64,000 bases of DNA from the IMG/VR virus record IMGVR_UViG_2932572697_000002, positions 18,354 to 82,353 of that record; one strand, 5' to 3'. Below, in pieces: positions 9,090-17,828 of this stretch. The DNA is from a virus. Lineage: Duplodnaviria; Caudoviricetes. The notes under the pieces were generated by a model. That model was not told the DNA's origin and did not search any database. It saw only the letters and a list, made by a program, of their open reading frames with translations. A program made the translations under genes and the position numbers. The first letter of the stretch is position 1. Each line of letters opens with the position of its first letter.

Positions 9090-9329
9090 ATGGCGCTTCC
9101 CAAAAAGCTGCCGACGCTGTCCGTCAAGGAAGCGGCCACCGCCCTGGACGTACACCCGTCGACGATCTACCGCTGGGTGGACGAAGGTGAGCTCACCGCC
9201 GTCCGCTACGGCAAGAGCCCCAGCGAGGGCAGCAAGAAGAGGGGCGGAGAGATCCGCATCCCCGAGCACGTCATCGCCGACCGCATGCGTCGCGGCCCCG
9301 TCGCCGAGATCGTCGGGGCAGCGGCATGA
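9090..9329 (+). CDS. Excisionase-like HTH DNA-binding protein
   Basis: LSVKEAATALDVHPSTIYRWVDEGELTAVRYG; GGAGG RBS. Confidence 0.85.
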   Translation: MALPKKLPTLSVKEAATALDVHPSTIYRWVDEGELTAVRYGKSPSEGSKKRGGEIRIPEHVIADRMRRGPVAEIVGAAA

Positions 9330-9493
9330 CCCCGCCGATCACCCCGCCGCCGGCCCCGATGTCGCAGGCGGACGTCGACGCCCACCGGGAGTCGACCTAC
9401 GTCCGCCGCACGGCCGTCATCTCCCAGGAGACGGTCACCCTCCCCGCTGATCCGGCTGCTCGCCGCCGGCTGATTGCGCAGCGGAAGCTCTGA
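9326..9493 (+). CDS. Small hypothetical protein
   Basis: ATGA coupling; 55 aa, below ORF track cutoff. Confidence 0.55.
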   Translation: MTPPITPPPAPMSQADVDAHRESTYVRRTAVISQETVTLPADPAARRRLIAQRKL

Positions 9494-9630
9494 TGGCGTC
9501 CGACGAGGCCCCGCGCGAGAACACGATCGTCTCCGAGCCCGCCACCCCGGACGCATGCAAGCGCGACTACCAGGCTGGTGCTGATGTTCGGGCCCAGATC
9601 GCCCGGCAGGAAGCCCGCCGCCGCAAGTAG
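9493..9630 (+). CDS. Small hypothetical protein
   Basis: TGATG coupling; 45 aa. Confidence 0.55.
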   Translation: MASDEAPRENTIVSEPATPDACKRDYQAGADVRAQIARQEARRRK

Positions 9631-9740
9631 CACCCCACTGACCGCCGTGCTGGCGGGTTGATCGAACCCCCGCGGTCCCCGCCAGCACGGCTTCCCACCC
9701 CCACTTCTTCACCCCACTCGACCACGTGAAAGGCACCCCC

Positions 9741-10052
9741 ATGTCTCCGTACCTGATGTCCACGTCCACTCTGGCCGCCCTCTCCGACGGCGATGACGCC
9801 GCGACGCACGTGTCTGCCATGTGGCGGCGGGAGAACATCACCGTCGCTCAGGCCGAGCGGGCCGCCGTGGGTGCCGACCCGGACCGGCTCAGCCGGAACC
9901 TCCTCTCCGAGTTCCGGGCCGCATGGTCGGACGGCAACCACGACCACATGACGGCTGTCGTCCTCGCCGCGATCGACCTCGACCGGGCCGCCCCGGGTGC
10001 CCCGCGGCTGATGGATGAGATCCGCGGCCTGTCGACGCCGGCTGCCGCCTGA
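9741..10052 (+). CDS. Hypothetical protein
   Basis: GAAAGG RBS; high GC3. Confidence 0.7.
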   Translation: MSPYLMSTSTLAALSDGDDAATHVSAMWRRENITVAQAERAAVGADPDRLSRNLLSEFRAAWSDGNHDHMTAVVLAAIDLDRAAPGAPRLMDEIRGLSTPAAA

Positions 10053-10156
10053 TGGGCGCCCGTATCCGACGCACACTGCGCGCCCTCGCCTGGCTCTGCG
10101 GCTCCTGCAACACGAACAACCCGTCCGAAGAGCCCGTCTGTCTCACCTGCGGCTGA
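10052..10156 (+). CDS. 34-aa RanBP2-type zinc-finger microprotein
   Basis: TGATG coupling; WLCGSCNTNNPSEEPVCLTCG matches W-x-C-x2-C-x3-N-x6-C-x2-C. Confidence 0.6.
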   Translation: MGARIRRTLRALAWLCGSCNTNNPSEEPVCLTCG

Positions 10157-10213
10157 CCCCGGCCCGCCTCCGAACTCTTCGCCACCACCACCCGCACCTG
10201 AAAGGACCACCTC

Positions 10214-10393
10214 ATGGGATCCGCAGACAGCTGGCCCGACCTGACCGGCAAGACCTGGGCCACGAAGACCACGCCCGAGATGACCGATGCCGAGGTCAAC
10301 GACGCCCGTGCCACGTTCGAGGCCGTCGGGCGCAACGACTACGAGGGGGAGTGGCTGCGACGCCACGGCCTCCCCGAGAACTACGGCGACTAG
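10214..10393 (+). CDS. Small hypothetical protein
   Basis: GAAAGGA RBS; 59 aa. Confidence 0.65.
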   Translation: MGSADSWPDLTGKTWATKTTPEMTDAEVNDARATFEAVGRNDYEGEWLRRHGLPENYGD

Positions 10394-10396
10394 CCC

Positions 10397-10504
10397 ATGG
10401 ACGAGTGCATCCTCTGCGGCGCGCCCGGCGGCTATCCGTACTGCAACGAAGGCTGCCGCCACGCCGACCAGTGCACTGGCGACGACACCTGCCCCGACTG
10501 CTGA
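10397..10504 (+). CDS. Cys-rich microprotein
   Basis: MDECILCGAPGGYPYCNEGCRHADQCTGDDTCPDC. Confidence 0.5.
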   Translation: MDECILCGAPGGYPYCNEGCRHADQCTGDDTCPDC

Positions 10505-10514
10505 AAGGACCACC

Positions 10515-10823
10515 ATGCCCGCCACGAACCCCATCACCGTCGAGAGCCTCATCGCCAAGCACGCCGACGACATCGCGTTCGCCGCCGAAGAAGAGCAGCC
10601 CGCCGCCACCGCCGATGACTTCGCCGCCCAGCTGCGGGACGCGGTTCGGACGTTCGAGCTGGCCGGGATCAACGGCACGGAGGAGCTGGAGGACGCGGCC
10701 ACGTACCTGGTCGACGCCGCCACGAGTACCGACCCCGCCGAGCAGGCCGTGCTCCTGAAGAAGGCCGCGAAGGGCCTGGCCTACGCCGACGACATGGTCT
10801 CCGAACTCCGCGACATGGTCTGA
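10515..10823 (+). CDS. Hypothetical protein
   Basis: GAAAGGA RBS. Confidence 0.75.
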   Translation: MPATNPITVESLIAKHADDIAFAAEEEQPAATADDFAAQLRDAVRTFELAGINGTEELEDAATYLVDAATSTDPAEQAVLLKKAAKGLAYADDMVSELRDMV

Positions 10824-10864
10824 CGACCTGCCCGCCACACGACCCCTGAAGGGACACGTCAGCC

Positions 10865-11032
10865 ATGCCGAAGCACCTGCAGTTCGGACCGAACCTCTCC
10901 CAGAACCTCTACAAGGCCATCAAGCGCGACAACGAGCGCGAGGACGCCGGGATGCACGCCGACGACCGGAAGACCTGCTGGTCGCACCAGTCATGGGCTG
11001 AGGACTGCGACGACCAGCACGACCGCCGCTGA
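10865..11032 (+). CDS. Small hypothetical protein
   Basis: RBS; C-x2-H-x5-DC motif. Confidence 0.6.
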   Translation: MPKHLQFGPNLSQNLYKAIKRDNEREDAGMHADDRKTCWSHQSWAEDCDDQHDRR

Positions 11033-11122
11033 CCCCGGCCCGCTCTGTCGTCACCAGCCCCCACAGCTGGTGGCGGCGGAGTGGCCCGGGAACCACCCGG
11101 ACCCCGAACCCGGAGGCGACTG

Positions 11123-11293
11123 ATGTGCCGGTGCCCCGACAGCAAGGCCCGCCGGGGTGACCCGTGCGAGAACCACTGCCCGCAGGAACTCGACCACGAG
11201 CGCTACTTCGCCCAGAACCTGCCCGCACCGTGCGGGTGCACCCCCATCCCGTCGAAGCCTGGCCGTATCCGCCGGGCACTTACGGATCACTGA
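11123..11293 (+). CDS. Small Cys-rich hypothetical protein
   Basis: GGAGG RBS. Confidence 0.55.
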   Translation: MCRCPDSKARRGDPCENHCPQELDHERYFAQNLPAPCGCTPIPSKPGRIRRALTDH

Positions 11294-11516
11294 CACCGCG
11301 ACCGAGGTCAGCGGACACGCCAGCCTCACCAAGGACATTCGCAACGCAGTCAAGGGCGGCGACCAGGAGGCTGCGGCCACGTTCCGGACCGGCACCCTCG
11401 CGGCGGCGCTGACGACCAAGGGCTGCAACGCCCGCGGCCAGGAGGTCGTGGACTACGTCGTAAAGGTCGTCGCTGCGGACGGCGACAGTCGACGCGCCGG
11501 CTGGCTGAACCGCTGA
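11157..11516 (+). CDS. Hypothetical protein (start uncertain; contains TTA codon)
   Basis: Coding-like 3' half; TTA at 11280. Confidence 0.45.
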   Translation: MTRARTTARRNSTTSATSPRTCPHRAGAPPSRRSLAVSAGHLRITDTATEVSGHASLTKDIRNAVKGGDQEAAATFRTGTLAAALTTKGCNARGQEVVDYVVKVVAADGDSRRAGWLNR

Positions 11517-11617
11517 CCCGCAGCCCCGGATCACGGCGTGAGGCTGCCGGATCGACTCCGGCCCGGGGCGCCACCGACCGACCCTCACTTACCACCGAGC
11601 CCAGGAAGGGCCGAACC

Positions 11618-11812
11618 GTGAAGAAGCTCCTGCTGATTGCCGCAGCCCTGGTGCTGCTGATCCTGTTCCCCGGCCTCGCCCAGGCCGCCGCGACCGTGCT
11701 GGCCGCGACCGTGCAGTTCATCGCCGCCCAGCCCGTCCTCCTCGGCTTCGGGCTCGGCGTCGCCACTTTCGCCCACCTGCGCGGCAAGAACCCCGTCACC
11801 GCCCGCGTCTGA
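11618..11812 (+). CDS. Small membrane protein (Spd-like)
   Basis: Two hydrophobic helices; upstream of traB. Confidence 0.65.
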   Translation: MKKLLLIAAALVLLILFPGLAQAAATVLAATVQFIAAQPVLLGFGLGVATFAHLRGKNPVTARV

Positions 11813-11830
11813 CCCGAAGGAGTCTTTGTG

Positions 11831-11920
11831 ATGCGCGAAAGCACCTGGGAAGTTCTCAGCTTCGCGATTCCCGCCCTCATCGGGCTGGCCATCGTCATGG
11901 TCGCGATCTTCGCCCGCTGA
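11831..11920 (+). CDS. 29-aa single-TM microprotein
   Basis: AAGGAG RBS; MRESTWEVLSFAIPALIGLAIVMVAIFAR. Confidence 0.5.
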   Translation: MRESTWEVLSFAIPALIGLAIVMVAIFAR

Positions 11921-11969
11921 TCTGTCCGCCTAACCGTCGCCCCCACCCGTCCCGGAAGGACACACCGTC

Positions 11970-13325
11970 ATGAGTGCCGACTACCGTTCCTGGGAGGAGC
12001 GTGAGGCCACTGCCGAGAAGACCCGCGCCGAAGCGGCGCGCATCGCCGCCGAGGCCGAAACCGCCCGCACTGCTGGCGTCCAAGCAGCCGAAGCCGGCGC
12101 CGCGAAGACCGCCACCGACCTCCTCGCCGAGCAGGTCAAGCAGGCCGGGCTGAAGAAGAAGCTCGACGCCGTCACCGAGGCAGCGAAGGACGAGAAGGCG
12201 GAGCTCAAGGCCCGTCGCCGCGAGGCCAGTGCCGACAACGGCACCGCGTTCAAGCTCATCGTCAACGTCGCCGTCGTCCTCGGACTCCTTGCTGCCCTCC
12301 CGGCCCAGCTGTCGTACTTCCTCACCCTCCACAAGGAAGGCGAGAAGAACCCCGGCACCGCGTGGCTCCTCGGTCCGATCCCGTTCTTCCTGGAGCTCCT
12401 CGCCTGGGTCGGTGTCCTCGGTACCCGGTGGGCGCACCGCAAGGGCCTTCCCCGGTGGCCGTTCTGGATCCTGACGGCCTCGCTGGCCTCGGTCGCCGGG
12501 TACATCAACCTGGCGCACGGGACCGACGAGTACGGGATCGTCGCCGGTGTCGCCCTGGCCGCCACGTCGGTGATCGGCCCGGTTCTCGCAGAGGTCCGGG
12601 ACTTCCTCGAAGGGCGGGCCGCCGCCGACACCCGGAGCCTGGAGCAGCGGGCCGCCGCGAAGGCCGCTGCGAAGAAGAAGGCGCGGGAGCAGCGGGCGCT
12701 GGAGAAGGTGCACGCGGCTGAGGACAAGCGGCGGAAGAAGATCTTCCCGCGAGAGTTCGCGGAGTACGAGCGGATCACCGTCGCCCACCCCACCGGAGCG
12801 ATCAGCCGCGAGGCCGCGTGGCAGCAGGCATGGGACAACACTCACCTCCTCCCGCTCGCCACGACAGCAGACACGCTCGCAGGCCGCGAGGAAGCCCGCG
12901 CCGCGATCAACGCCGTCCTGTCGAACGCCGACCGCACCCCCGAGAGCGAAGCGGTCGACCGGCTCCTCGCGGAGATCTTCCGACCCGACGGCGGCGACAG
13001 CGGACCGTCCCAGAAGCCCGCAGAGGGTGGACCGAGAGGCGGTGCGGGGGGAGGGTCACAGGCCCGCCGCCCGGCCGACCCGAAGAGGCCTGGAGCCCTT
13101 GGGCGTAAAGGGAAGCAGGCATCCGGGCGCACCTCCGGGAAGACCCCGCTGAAGCCCCTCGAACCGGGCCACCTCGACGCGGTCCGCAAGCTCGCCGACG
13201 CACTCGGCGACATCGACCGACTCTCCGCCCGCAAGGTCCGCGAAGTCATCGGCGGCGGATCCAACGAGTACGCCGTCCGACTCCGGGACGCAGTTCGCGC
13301 CGAAACGCAAGGAGACAACCAGTGA
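11970..13325 (+). CDS. SpdB-like integral membrane spread protein (coiled coil + 4 TM + basic C-terminus)
   Basis: Four TM segments, coiled coils, coupled to traB. Confidence 0.7.
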   Translation: MSADYRSWEEREATAEKTRAEAARIAAEAETARTAGVQAAEAGAAKTATDLLAEQVKQAGLKKKLDAVTEAAKDEKAELKARRREASADNGTAFKLIVNVAVVLGLLAALPAQLSYFLTLHKEGEKNPGTAWLLGPIPFFLELLAWVGVLGTRWAHRKGLPRWPFWILTASLASVAGYINLAHGTDEYGIVAGVALAATSVIGPVLAEVRDFLEGRAAADTRSLEQRAAAKAAAKKKAREQRALEKVHAAEDKRRKKIFPREFAEYERITVAHPTGAISREAAWQQAWDNTHLLPLATTADTLAGREEARAAINAVLSNADRTPESEAVDRLLAEIFRPDGGDSGPSQKPAEGGPRGGAGGGSQARRPADPKRPGALGRKGKQASGRTSGKTPLKPLEPGHLDAVRKLADALGDIDRLSARKVREVIGGGSNEYAVRLRDAVRAETQGDNQ

Positions 13326-15496
13326 GCATGGAGCGCACCCCCGCGAATCCCGACCCGAACTGGGATCGGCTCGTTGCCGACCTCACCGCCGCCCCAGCCG
13401 AGAAGCCCGCCGGCCCCGTCCTCCAGAAGACGGCCGACGTCCCCGTCAACCGGCCGGACCTCCTCGGTGACATGCCCCTCACCCCGAAGTGGGCGCGGAC
13501 GTCGACGGGGTGGCGGGCGCGCGCCGCCGTCGGCAAGGTCAACTCCGTCCGGGCGTTCCGCCGGTGGGTGCGCCGGCAGAACACCGAGCACGGGCACACC
13601 GCCCAAGTCTTCCGCGGCATGCACCGCACGTTCCTCTGGATCCAGGGCACCGAAGGCGTCCAGGTCGCCACAGCCCGCCGTGAAGTCCAGCAGGCCCAAG
13701 CCGACTACAAGACGGCGAAGTTCGGGCACGGCATCCGGCTCATCCCCACGAAAGAGAAGGACAGGCGGCGCGCCGCCATGGAGAAGGCGTTCGCCGGATC
13801 CGTCACCGCCATGACGAAGTACAGGTCGGCCCAGCGTGACGCCCGGACGCGGCGAGGTGCGCGAGGCGCACTCGTCGCCGCAGCCGTCGCCGTACCGGAA
13901 GGGGCAGGGATCTACCTCATCGGCGGCACCGGCGGTGTCATCGCCACCGGCTCCGCCCTCCTCGCGCTCGCCTTGATCGGCCGGCGCACCATGGGTGGTG
14001 AGCTCTACATCGACCGGGAAGCCAAGATTGGAGATGGTGACCGCCTGAACGAGGAGATGCTGAACCGTGTCTACCGAGACGCGCGGATCATCAGCTCGGA
14101 TGCCGTGCTGGGCATGCTTACCCCGTGCGTGCTTACCGCTGACGGCGCCGCATGGGAGGCTTCGTTCGACCTTCCGTCCGGGACACCCACGGAGAAGGCC
14201 ACCGCAGTGGTTCCAGCCCTTGCGTCCGGGTTCGGCGTGACGAAGGCGCAGGTGTCGCAGACCGGTGGCGACCGGGAGGGCCGCATCAACTTGCGTGTCT
14301 CGCGCAAGATCCCGTTCACCTCCGGCCCGGTCCCGGGGCCCCTGCTCCACGTCGAACGGTTTGACCTGTGGAATGCCGTGCCGATGGGCGTCTCCGAACG
14401 CGGTGAGCCTGTCGCTACGGAGTGGTTCGAGAAGACCGGCCTGTTCGGCGGTGAGCCCGGATCAGGCAAGACTTCAATCGCGAACAACCTGCTGCTGGCG
14501 GCGGCCCTAGATCCCACAGCTCGGCTGTTCCTGGGCGACGGGAAGGCCGGCAACGACCTGCGGCCGTTCGCGGACATCGCCGAGGCGATCGACACCGAGG
14601 GCGATCCGGAAGCGCTGCTGCAGATCCTGGAGCACGTCTGGCAGGTGATCCTGCCCGAGTGCAAGCGGCTCGCCCGAGAGCACGGCGTTGCGGGATTCTC
14701 TCAAGCCCTCGCCACGCAGGACCCCCGAGTTCGGTTCACAGTCCTTGCCATTGACGAGTGGGCCTCCTACATGGCCATGGCCGAGCCGAAGGTCGCCAAG
14801 GAACTGGAACGCCTCTTGCGCCTGATCGTGCAGCAGGGCCGGGCCTACGGCGTCATCGTGCTCGCGGCCACCCAGAAGCCCGACGCCGACGCAGTGCCGT
14901 CCGGCATCCGCGACATCATCTCCACCCGATGGGCCGGGCGCTGCCTCACCCCTCAGGCGTCCGACACCATCCTCGGACAGGGCCGCGCCAAGCTCGGCTT
15001 CAACGGCCAGAACATCTTGAAAGACCAGCGGGGCGTGGGTCTCTACCAGACCGGTGAGACTGCGGACCCGACCCTGATGTTGTCGTACTTCTACGACGAC
15101 GGCCGCAAGAGCGGGGTCAACGAGGTCGCCCTGCTCCTGGAGCGGGCCTTCGATCTGCGGGCCAAGGCGGGCACGCTGCCGGCCGGTTCGGTGCCGCTGG
15201 CCGACCAGCTGCGCGCCCTCGGAGACGACCAAGCCAACATCCTGGCCGCCCTCGTCGATGCCTTCGACGTGCGCTCCGGCAGCGACGGGCGACCTGCCGA
15301 ATGGCTCCCCGGCGCCGTGCTCATCGAGTACCTGACGGCATCCGGCATGGACGTGTCCGCGGACGCCCTGGGGCGCCTGGTGGTCCGCACCGACGAGGAC
15401 AAGGTGAAGCGGGCGTGGGAGGGGTCGAGGGTCTTCGGCTACCCCCGCTCCCGCGTGCTTATAACGGTGCGTGACCGTTTCGGGTTGGGTGAATAG
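13322..15496 (+). CDS. traB: FtsK/SpoIIIE-family conjugative DNA translocase TraB
   Basis: TM segments, Walker A GGEPGSGKT, Walker B LAIDEW, QGRAYG, ATQKP, C-terminal wHTH-like region; clt-like repeats follow. Confidence 0.88.
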   Translation: MSMERTPANPDPNWDRLVADLTAAPAEKPAGPVLQKTADVPVNRPDLLGDMPLTPKWARTSTGWRARAAVGKVNSVRAFRRWVRRQNTEHGHTAQVFRGMHRTFLWIQGTEGVQVATARREVQQAQADYKTAKFGHGIRLIPTKEKDRRRAAMEKAFAGSVTAMTKYRSAQRDARTRRGARGALVAAAVAVPEGAGIYLIGGTGGVIATGSALLALALIGRRTMGGELYIDREAKIGDGDRLNEEMLNRVYRDARIISSDAVLGMLTPCVLTADGAAWEASFDLPSGTPTEKATAVVPALASGFGVTKAQVSQTGGDREGRINLRVSRKIPFTSGPVPGPLLHVERFDLWNAVPMGVSERGEPVATEWFEKTGLFGGEPGSGKTSIANNLLLAAALDPTARLFLGDGKAGNDLRPFADIAEAIDTEGDPEALLQILEHVWQVILPECKRLAREHGVAGFSQALATQDPRVRFTVLAIDEWASYMAMAEPKVAKELERLLRLIVQQGRAYGVIVLAATQKPDADAVPSGIRDIISTRWAGRCLTPQASDTILGQGRAKLGFNGQNILKDQRGVGLYQTGETADPTLMLSYFYDDGRKSGVNEVALLLERAFDLRAKAGTLPAGSVPLADQLRALGDDQANILAALVDAFDVRSGSDGRPAEWLPGAVLIEYLTASGMDVSADALGRLVVRTDEDKVKRAWEGSRVFGYPRSRVLITVRDRFGLGE

Positions 15497-15675
15497 CCCG
15501 GACGGACCCCGGACGGTCTGCCGGTTATCCCAGGTCAAACCCCGGACGTATCGGCGGTCGAGCCGGACGAGCGGTGTCTGAGCCGGACGCGCCCGTCCGG
15601 CTCAGGCGCCCTCCCGTCCGGGGTCCGTCCGGGCCTGACCTGCACTGATGCGCAAGCGTCCGGCCTTGCGTCCGG
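15496..15675. repeat. clt-like cis-acting locus of transfer: 5 forward + 5 reverse CCGGACG repeats
   Basis: Forward 15498, 15509, 15542, 15563, 15583; reverse 15594, 15615, 15626, 15657, 15669. Confidence 0.8.
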
Positions 15676-15747
15676 CCCTAAATCCGCACAAATGGCTTCG
15701 CTTCGAACTGTGTAACTAAGAGTGACCTACCACTAAGGAGCCCCCTC

Positions 15748-16221
15748 ATGCAGCTGCCCGAGCAGCCCGTCGCCGGGCAGCCCACCGACAACCCCCTCGC
15801 GCAAGCCGTCAACGAAGCCATCACCAAAGAGCTCGCGAAGACCTACCACCGCGACGACACCCCGCTCCCCGCGGTTGGCCCCACCCCGCCCGTACCGCAG
15901 CCCGGCCCGCCCCCGATGTCGCAGTGGGCGATCGACGCGAGTGGCGTACTCAAGGCCGTGTCCGTCGCCTCGCTGCCGATCGGCGGTGCCCTGTGGATCG
16001 TCGGCCAGGTCGACCCGTGGGCCCTTGGCGTCATCTTTGGTTCGCCGGCCCTCGCCGCCCTCGCTGTGGCCCGGCTGGTCGCGAAGGTCAAGGACGCCAA
16101 CCAGAACGCCCCGCAGCCGGTCACCAACCACTTCCACGGCAACGTCCACCACGACACCCGCACCGTCACCAGCACCACCCGCGGCGTCATCGCCAACAAC
16201 CGGAACACGACACCCGACTAG
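15748..16221 (+). CDS. SpdD-like membrane protein
   Basis: Pro-rich N-terminus, 2 TM, HFHGNVHHDTRTVTS tail; AAGGAG RBS. Confidence 0.65.
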   Translation: MQLPEQPVAGQPTDNPLAQAVNEAITKELAKTYHRDDTPLPAVGPTPPVPQPGPPPMSQWAIDASGVLKAVSVASLPIGGALWIVGQVDPWALGVIFGSPALAALAVARLVAKVKDANQNAPQPVTNHFHGNVHHDTRTVTSTTRGVIANNRNTTPD

Positions 16222-16230
16222 GAGTCGCTG

Positions 16231-16398
16231 ATGGCCAGCAAGACCGCTTTGAACCCGCCGAAGGGCGAATGCCGCCAGTGCTGGCTGCACGCCTACGACA
16301 GCCGGCAGCAGCACAAACACCTTGCACCGCGGGAGGACTGCCCGGCCTGCGTCGACCACATGGTCAACGGGCACGGCAGCCTGATCGTGGGACGCTAA
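16231..16398 (+). CDS. Small Zn-binding protein resembling Streptomyces plasmid pRL2-8 family
   Basis: NPPKGECRQCWLHA..H..L.PREDCPACVDHM..GH. Confidence 0.65.
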   Translation: MASKTALNPPKGECRQCWLHAYDSRQQHKHLAPREDCPACVDHMVNGHGSLIVGR

Positions 16399-16414
16399 CC
16401 CGAGACTCTGAAGC

Positions 16415-16597
16415 TCACCGCACGACAAGGCCCCGGACCGTCTGGTCCGGGGCCTTCCGTGTCGCACGGGCGATCCAGCTGCCGCCCAAGCTGTTCGTCG
16501 GGAACAAGGTCACCCTCACGTCCAGGAGCCGGCCGAGTTCGTCCAGGGCGTCCTGGCACTCCTGCCGGGTGGTGCCGTGGACCGTGTACCTCGCCAT
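16415..16597 (-). CDS. Small hypothetical protein (probably leaderless)
   Basis: CAGACT -10-like hexamer 6 nt before ATG. Confidence 0.5.
   Translation of the reverse strand: MARYTVHGTTRQECQDALDELGRLLDVRVTLFPTNSLGGSWIARATRKAPDQTVRGLVVR
16427..16456. terminator. Hairpin ending the transfer operon
   Basis: AAGGCCCCGGACC-GTCT-GGTCCGGGGCCTT. Confidence 0.7.
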
Positions 16598-16648
16598 GAG
16601 CACAGTCTGCCGGGGGAGCAGGGGCGGCGGGGCGGGAATGAGGGAAGG

Positions 16649-16897
16649 TCAGCCGCCGTAGAACCGGATCGGCCTTGACGCCGCCTGCCGGGCTGAAGCC
16701 TCCAACGCCTGCTCGTCGATCACCAGCAGCTTGCCCTCGGGGCAGACCGGGCTGGCCTTCACCGTCAGGATGCCTGCCATGCCCATGCGGTTGACGGCCT
16801 CCTGGATTTCGTCGACACGGTGCGGCTCGCACAGGATGGTGCGCCGGGCGTCACCGATGATCTGCGCGAAGAACCGGGCCTCCTCCTCCGGGGTCAT
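16649..16897 (-). CDS. Hypothetical protein
   Basis: ATGA coupling. Confidence 0.65.
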   Translation of the reverse strand: MTPEEEARFFAQIIGDARRTILCEPHRVDEIQEAVNRMGMAGILTVKASPVCPEGKLLVIDEQALEASARQAASRPIRFYGG

Positions 16898-17421
16898 GAG
16901 GGGCTCCCAGCGCTCTGCCGTTCTCGCAGTTCGTCGAGCAGCGACGGGTTGACGATCCGGACGATGGTCTCGATGTCCCGGCCCTCGACGGCAGGCCACA
17001 GGACGTCGCGCGCGGCCCGGTACTTCGCCGCGAGCCGGGTCCGCTGCTCCTCGGACAGCTGCGCGGCCCGGTCGGGGTGGCTGTTGTGCGCGTTGTCCGC
17101 GATCTTCAACAGAACCGCGTCACGCCCCTGCCCAGTGATCCGGGCGACCTTCTCCTTGTAGGGCACACCCCGCTCGTTCGTGACCGCCTCCACCAGTGCG
17201 ACCACATGGTCCGGCACCCCGGCCTCGCGCAGCTGGTTGGCGGTCCAGTCGGTGTCCTCGATGACGTCATGCAGCAACCCGGCCATCACCAGGTCGTCAC
17301 CGAACGGGACCAGCCCAGCGGCCACGGCACGGACGTGCTCGATGTACGGGACGCCGATCTTGTCCACCTGGCCGGCGTGGGCGGTGGCGGCCAAGGCGTC
17401 GACCTTGGCGATGTTCTTCAC
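16894..17421 (-). CDS. HD-domain hydrolase, SpoT/Mesh1-like (small alarmone hydrolase-like)
   Basis: AHAGQVDKIGVPYIEH..LLHDVIEDT..LKIADNAHN. Confidence 0.85.
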   Translation of the reverse strand: MKNIAKVDALAATAHAGQVDKIGVPYIEHVRAVAAGLVPFGDDLVMAGLLHDVIEDTDWTANQLREAGVPDHVVALVEAVTNERGVPYKEKVARITGQGRDAVLLKIADNAHNSHPDRAAQLSEEQRTRLAAKYRAARDVLWPAVEGRDIETIVRIVNPSLLDELRERQSAGSPS

Positions 17422-17660
17422 GCCTGTTCCCCCTCGACCTGCTTGGTGGCTCGCTCCTTGTCGATGCGGTCGGCGATCTTGCGTGCCCACTCGCGGCTGT
17501 ACGGCGTGTGCTTGGCGATCGTCATGAGCGGCACGCCAGCGGCCCTGGCATCCGCAACTAGCTCGTCAAGGTTCGTTCGAGCCCTCTCGTGAGCTGTGGT
17601 GGCGCGGTCGAGGCGGCGAAGCCAGGAGGCTTCGACGTCGGGTTCGGGGCGTGGCGTCAT
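17418..17660 (-). CDS. Small HTH-like regulator
   Basis: ARAAGVPLMTIAKHTPYSREWARKI. Confidence 0.65.
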   Translation of the reverse strand: MTPRPEPDVEASWLRRLDRATTAHERARTNLDELVADARAAGVPLMTIAKHTPYSREWARKIADRIDKERATKQVEGEQA

Positions 17661-17684
17661 GCCGTCGATGATCTCACGCGGGTC

Positions 17685-17806
17685 TGCCAAGTCGGTGGGC
17701 AGTGTTTCGCCAACCTTGTGGGCACTGATTCCTGGATTCTTCATGCCAACTATGTTGCACCCTGACGGGTCCCTGTGTCACTATCGAAGTGCCAAGAAAG
17801 TTGGCA
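17685..17806. promoter_or_regulatory. Four operator-like palindromes TGCCAA-N5-TTGGCA
   Basis: 17685, 17708, 17744, 17790 in a divergent intergenic region. Confidence 0.7.
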
Positions 17807-17828
17807 GTCGAAACCGAGGGGGATCCGC

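Noticed and set aside
13322-15496. FtsK as chromosomal ftsK or type VII secretion ATPase
   Set aside because: Single ATPase domain, no WXG100 genes; spd-like neighbours and clt repeats indicate TraB
15496-15675. CRISPR array
   Set aside because: Repeats are 7 bp, irregularly spaced and in both orientations; no cas genes
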